Below, piece by piece: positions 60,101-64,000 of a stretch of DNA of 64,000 bases. Numbering within the stretch: the stretch's first letter is position 1; each line of letters opens with the position of its first letter. Source of the DNA: Azolla caroliniana (Eukaryota; Plantae; Polypodiophyta). Both the position numbers and the translations under genes were made by a program. A model generated the notes under the pieces. It saw only the letters and a program-made list of their open reading frames with translations. It had not been told where the DNA came from and made no database searches. The stretch spans positions 15,376,001-15,440,000 of the forward strand of contig JBHGNT010000008.1 in the NCBI GenBank assembly GCA_043228905.1, given 5' to 3'.

Positions 60101-62951
60101 GTGCATTCCCCGCGTAAGAAGCCGAGGAGACGGCTTACGCGCGAAGAGAAAGGGAAGAAGAAGGTGTCGGATTCTGGCACGGATAGGAACGGGTCGGACC
60201 GACACGACTCCGACTTCGAGGGAAGCGGCGATGGACCTTCAGGAACGAAGTCCGCGTCGGCCGAGAAGACCTCGACATCGGCAAATGACCGATTGCGCCG
60301 ATCTACCCGCCAAAAGAACCCAGTTGTGCGGTTCGGATACAACGAGTACATGGCGCATCACTATGCGTACATGACCCGTGTAGCAGAAGTGCGTGAGCCG
60401 GAGAGCTACACAGAAGCGGCTAAAGACGCGACTTGGCGTGTCGCGATGGAGGAAGAGATGCACGCGTTGGCGGAGAACGAGACCTGGGACCTGGTTGACG
60501 CACCGAAGGGTGTGAAGCCGATCGGGTGTAGGTGGGTGTACAAGGTCAAGTACAACACCGATGGCTCGGTCAACCGGTACAAGGCTCGGCTAGTGGCAAA
60601 GGGCTACGCGCAGAAATACGACATCGACTACGACGAGACGTTTGCGCCGGTCGCGAAAATGACGATCGTCCGTGTTTTGCTCGTAGTAGCTGCGGTGAAG
60701 GGGTGGCACCTACATCAGATGGATGTAAAGAATGCGTTCCTGCAAGGTGACCTTGAGGAACAGGTGTACATGGTACAGCCCCCCAGATTTCACTCTGGAA
60801 CGAACTCCTCGGCAGTATGCCGACTAAAGAAGTCCCTTTACGGACTGAAGCAAGCCCCGCGTGCCTGGAACGCGACGATCACGCAACAACTGCGTCGGAT
60901 GGGCTTCGTCGCGTCAAAATCAGACTCTTCCCTGTTCATCCGGAAAGGTCGACTCGGACCGGTTAGTATTTTACTATATGTTGATGACTTGGTCATCATC
61001 AGCGCCGACCTAGGTGAAATCGACCGCGTGAAGCTCCAGCTTGCGGCATTGTTCGACATGAAGGATCTGGGGGACCTTCATTACTTCCTCAGGATCGAAG
61101 TGATCCGCACCCCCGAAGGCATACTAATCAGCCAACGTCATTACGCACTAAATATGCTCTTCAAATTCGGGATGGCCGATTGTAAGTCCGTCTCGACTCC
61201 TCTGGACAGAACCGTCAAGCTTCATCCCGATACGGGAAAGGTATGCGACCCGACGAGGTTCCGACAAATTGTCGAAAGCCTCATATACTTGACCATCACC
61301 CAACCCGACCTCAGTTATCCGATCGGAGTGATTAGTCAGTTCATGGCGCGACCTACCGAGGAGCACCTCCAGTGTGCGCAACGCATACTTCGGTATGTCA
61401 ACGGCACTAAGGACCGGGGATTGCTATATCGAACCGGTGCAGCCGTGCAGTTAGTCAGCTACACCGATGTTGATTGGGCTGGCAACACCGCCGATCGCCG
61501 ATCGCCGATCGCCGATCCACATCCGGATACGCGTTCTCCCTCGGGAGTGCCGCGATCGCGTGGAGCAGTAAGAAGCAGCCGATAGTTGCACTGTCGAGCA
61601 CCGAAGTTGAGTACCGAGGAGCGACTGTCGCGACATGAGAAGCCATATGGTTAAAGCGGCTACTTAGGGACCTGCAAGAGGAGGTGTCAGATCCGACGAC
61701 GATCTACTGCGACAACCTCAACAGCATCCAGCTCGCGAAAAACCCTGTTTTCCATGCACGGACCAAGCACATTGAGGTGCACTACCATTTCTTCCGTGAG
61801 CGTGTCCTTTCCGGTGAAGTCGAACGTCAGTACGTTCCGACGGATCGGCAGACTGCCGACATCTTCACCAAGCCTCTTGGTCTGGACAAGTTGCGGCAAT
61901 TCTCAGGTGTGCTCGGATTGCGTCACCTCGACGTGCCAAACTTGAGGGGGAGACCAATCCCGAACGACCAAGCAAGGCAGCAGGAAAGGAGCAGAGACCA
62001 CGACACCGAGTCGGTTGACTCGGTTGACTCGGTTGTCGAGTTCGACTTCGGATCTGGATCGGCTGAAGAAGCCGAGGTCGGACCCACGGAAAAGTCCGGA
62101 AGCGGACAGAAGGGGAACAGCCGAAGGAGAGAGCCGAAGCCAACCACGCATAGGGAAGATAACATTGTCGAGGGCGAGAAGACCGAAGACAAGTTGGAGA
62201 CAGCCAACTCGGACGAGAGCGAAAACCGATAGGAGGTAGCCGAGTCGGTTCGGATGTTTGATTCAGATACACTAAATCAACTGAGGGCCAAGCGGAAAAG
62301 AAGGCAGCAGGAGAAGCGCCAACACCGCGACAACAAGGGACCTGCGAAGGGCCATGGGAACAGACAAGCCGGCCAGAAGGGTCGAAGCGCGCGGAGTCGA
62401 ACAGGTCGAGGAGCGCGAGCGAGGCGTGGAGCTAGGAGAAGCCAGAGCGTAGGTCCGGCAAAACAGGCGGAACCTCAAGTTGAGCTTGAGGGGGAGTGTT
62501 GAGAGACAAGCTCAACATCGGCCGGATCGGCTGAAGAAGCCGAGGACCGGAGCGGTTGGGACCGATCGGTTAGGCCGAATGCGTAAACCGGTACGCAGAC
62601 CGGTGCGTAGGTAGGGCCGGATCGGTGCGTAAACCGGGAGGCCGTTAGGAAAGATATTCCATGAGGAATATATTTGGGAGTTAGTGTAGGAGCTCTTAAT
62701 GAGCATTGAAGTATTGTTAGTACTTCTGTCAGTCCTTCTCGGACTTGTATAAAAGTGTTCATTGAACACACATATGTATAGAGGATGGTGAATAGAGATT
62801 GTGTGCCTTTTTTTTAATACAGTTCTTGTTTTCCTCTCTCACTCTCTCTGTCTCTCCCGCGTATATTGCGTAAGCTCAAGCTCTCCATTAAACCTGAGTT
62901 TTCTTCCTTCTGTTCGGTCTTCATACTTGCTTCCGCACGTTACTTTTTACA
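57163..62951 (+). mobile_element. Full-length Copia J
   Basis: 455-bp LTRs 57163-57617 and 62497-62951 (about 9 transitions), TSD TTTAG, Met PBS 57618-57629, PPT 62488-62496. Confidence 0.96.
57690..62232 (+). pseudogene. gag-pol: Copia J gag-pol with frameshifts and stops
   Basis: ORFs 57690, 58231, 58259, 58820, 59666 and 61684 carry gag, CWYCGKKGH, VDSGASNH, integrase, YVDD and RNase H motifs. Confidence 0.9.
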
Positions 62952-63516
62952 TTTAGCATACCAGACGACATCTTTTAATGTTGTCGGCCATCATAGGACA
63001 CTCTGCCATATTTTCCTTGCCATAGCGTCCCTAGCATAATGCCCTCCGGCAACGCCGTAGTGTGCTTCACGCAATATTTGGTCTTTTTCATCGCTGCGCA
63101 CCACGTGCCACCATATGCCATCCGCACTTTTATGGTATAGTGTGTCCTGCAGTAGGCAAAAGTGTCGACTTTGTACTACTAATCGTTTCCACTCGTCTCT
63201 GTTCAGCTCCTCTGGAGGTAATCCGTTGCTCAGGAATTGGTGCATGTTAGTGAGCCACTTGTCCTCCTTGGCTACCGTACCATCTGTTGTCGTTTCTGCT
63301 GTGACCCTAAACAACTCTGCGTCCGGAAACTCGTCTAGGATTCCGTCACCGGTTTCACCAGAGCCTAACCGGCTCAAATAATCCGCAACCGCATGTTGTA
63401 TGCCTAGCCGGTGAAATATCTCGAACTCAAATTCCTGTAATAATAACGTCCACCGGGCCAGCTTACCCGTGAGTGATGCTTTTGAGACCAAGTAAAGTAG
63501 CGCCGAATGGTCTACA

Positions 63517-64000
63517 TTCAACCCTAGACAGAAAGTATTTTTATGTGTACCTCACAATTTTAAGACATTGTTTACGGGTAAGTGCGCTAAGTTAGCCCCA
63601 CGGTTTTGTGGACCTTTTACAGTCCTCAAACACATTGGTTCATCAGCCTATCGTCTCGATCTTCCTGATGGCATTGAAATCCATCCAGTTTTTCATGTAA
63701 GTCGTCTAAAAGAACTGCTTGGTTCTGGCTACAATACAGTGACAACTGAAACTATGGTTACTTCTGATCAATTATCTTCTAAGCCACATGTACCAGAAAG
63801 AATTCTCGATGTTAAAGCAAAAAATTGGCGTTTTAAAATAATCCGAGAATTTAAAATTAAATGGATGGATAAGTCTATAAAAGATGTCACATGGGAACAT
63901 GAAAATACTCTTAGAACTAACTTCCCTAACTTTCCATTGCAAGAGTGCAATGTTTTAATGAGGGGGAGTGTCACGGACACACCAACATTACACTATGACA
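63517..64000 (+). mobile_element. pol: 3' end of a chromovirus Gypsy: integrase GPY/F module, chromodomain, PPT and start of the 3' LTR (63969)
   Basis: Manual translation KLAPRFCGPF..AYRLDLP..HPVFHVSRLK..PERILD..FKIKW..VTWE; PPT GAGGGGGAG then TGTCACGGAC. Not in the ORF track. Confidence 0.87.

Larger units (their letters stand above)
45734..63517 (-). mobile_element. Gypsy G (F family, minus strand, 5'-truncated), host to Copia I and J
   Basis: 3' LTR 45734-46193 homologous to the F LTRs; extra ORF; integrase/RH pieces at about 49470-49901, 56495-57157 and 62957-63517 that join across the TSDs of I and J. Confidence 0.87.

Noticed and set aside
63969-64000. Missing 3' LTR of element E
   Set aside because: The sequence after TGTCA does not match E's 5' LTR (19978 onward), so it belongs to a different chromovirus.

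Overview
A gene-free, deeply nested cluster of plant transposable elements; the clades present suggest a non-seed land plant (inference). No host gene, RNA gene or CRISPR array was found. Left to right: (A) 3' end of a Tnt1/Tork-like Copia element and (B) an intact Copia of the same family, both inserted in the integrase of a minus-strand Ty3/Gypsy element (C); a Copia (D) at the very end of C's LTR; and a decayed L1 LINE fragment. A Tcn1/Tf1-sushi-like chromovirus (E) carries a Copia solo LTR, an Athila/Phygy-like Gypsy (F, with a tRNA-Trp-family LTR-gag fragment inside) and an intact minus-strand Copia (K). Then follow a pol-less tRNA-Trp LTR element (H), and a second F-family element (G, minus strand) carrying two Copia elements (I, J; I holds a pogo-like MITE). 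The window ends with the chromodomain end of another chromovirus. Boundaries were read from TG..CA ends, PBS/PPT motifs and target-site duplications (TSDs). Best leads: (1) F and G have no polypurine tract; in its place both carry an identical copy of what looks like a tRNA-Arg 3' end (..GGGCGTGCCA) 2 nt before the 3' LTR, suggesting tRNA-primed plus-strand synthesis; (2) B is flanked by a 346-bp duplication instead of a 5-bp TSD; (3) E shows an 11-nt Tf1-type self-priming signal with an extra U3 hairpin. tRNA and clade names come from recalled sequences, not database searches.
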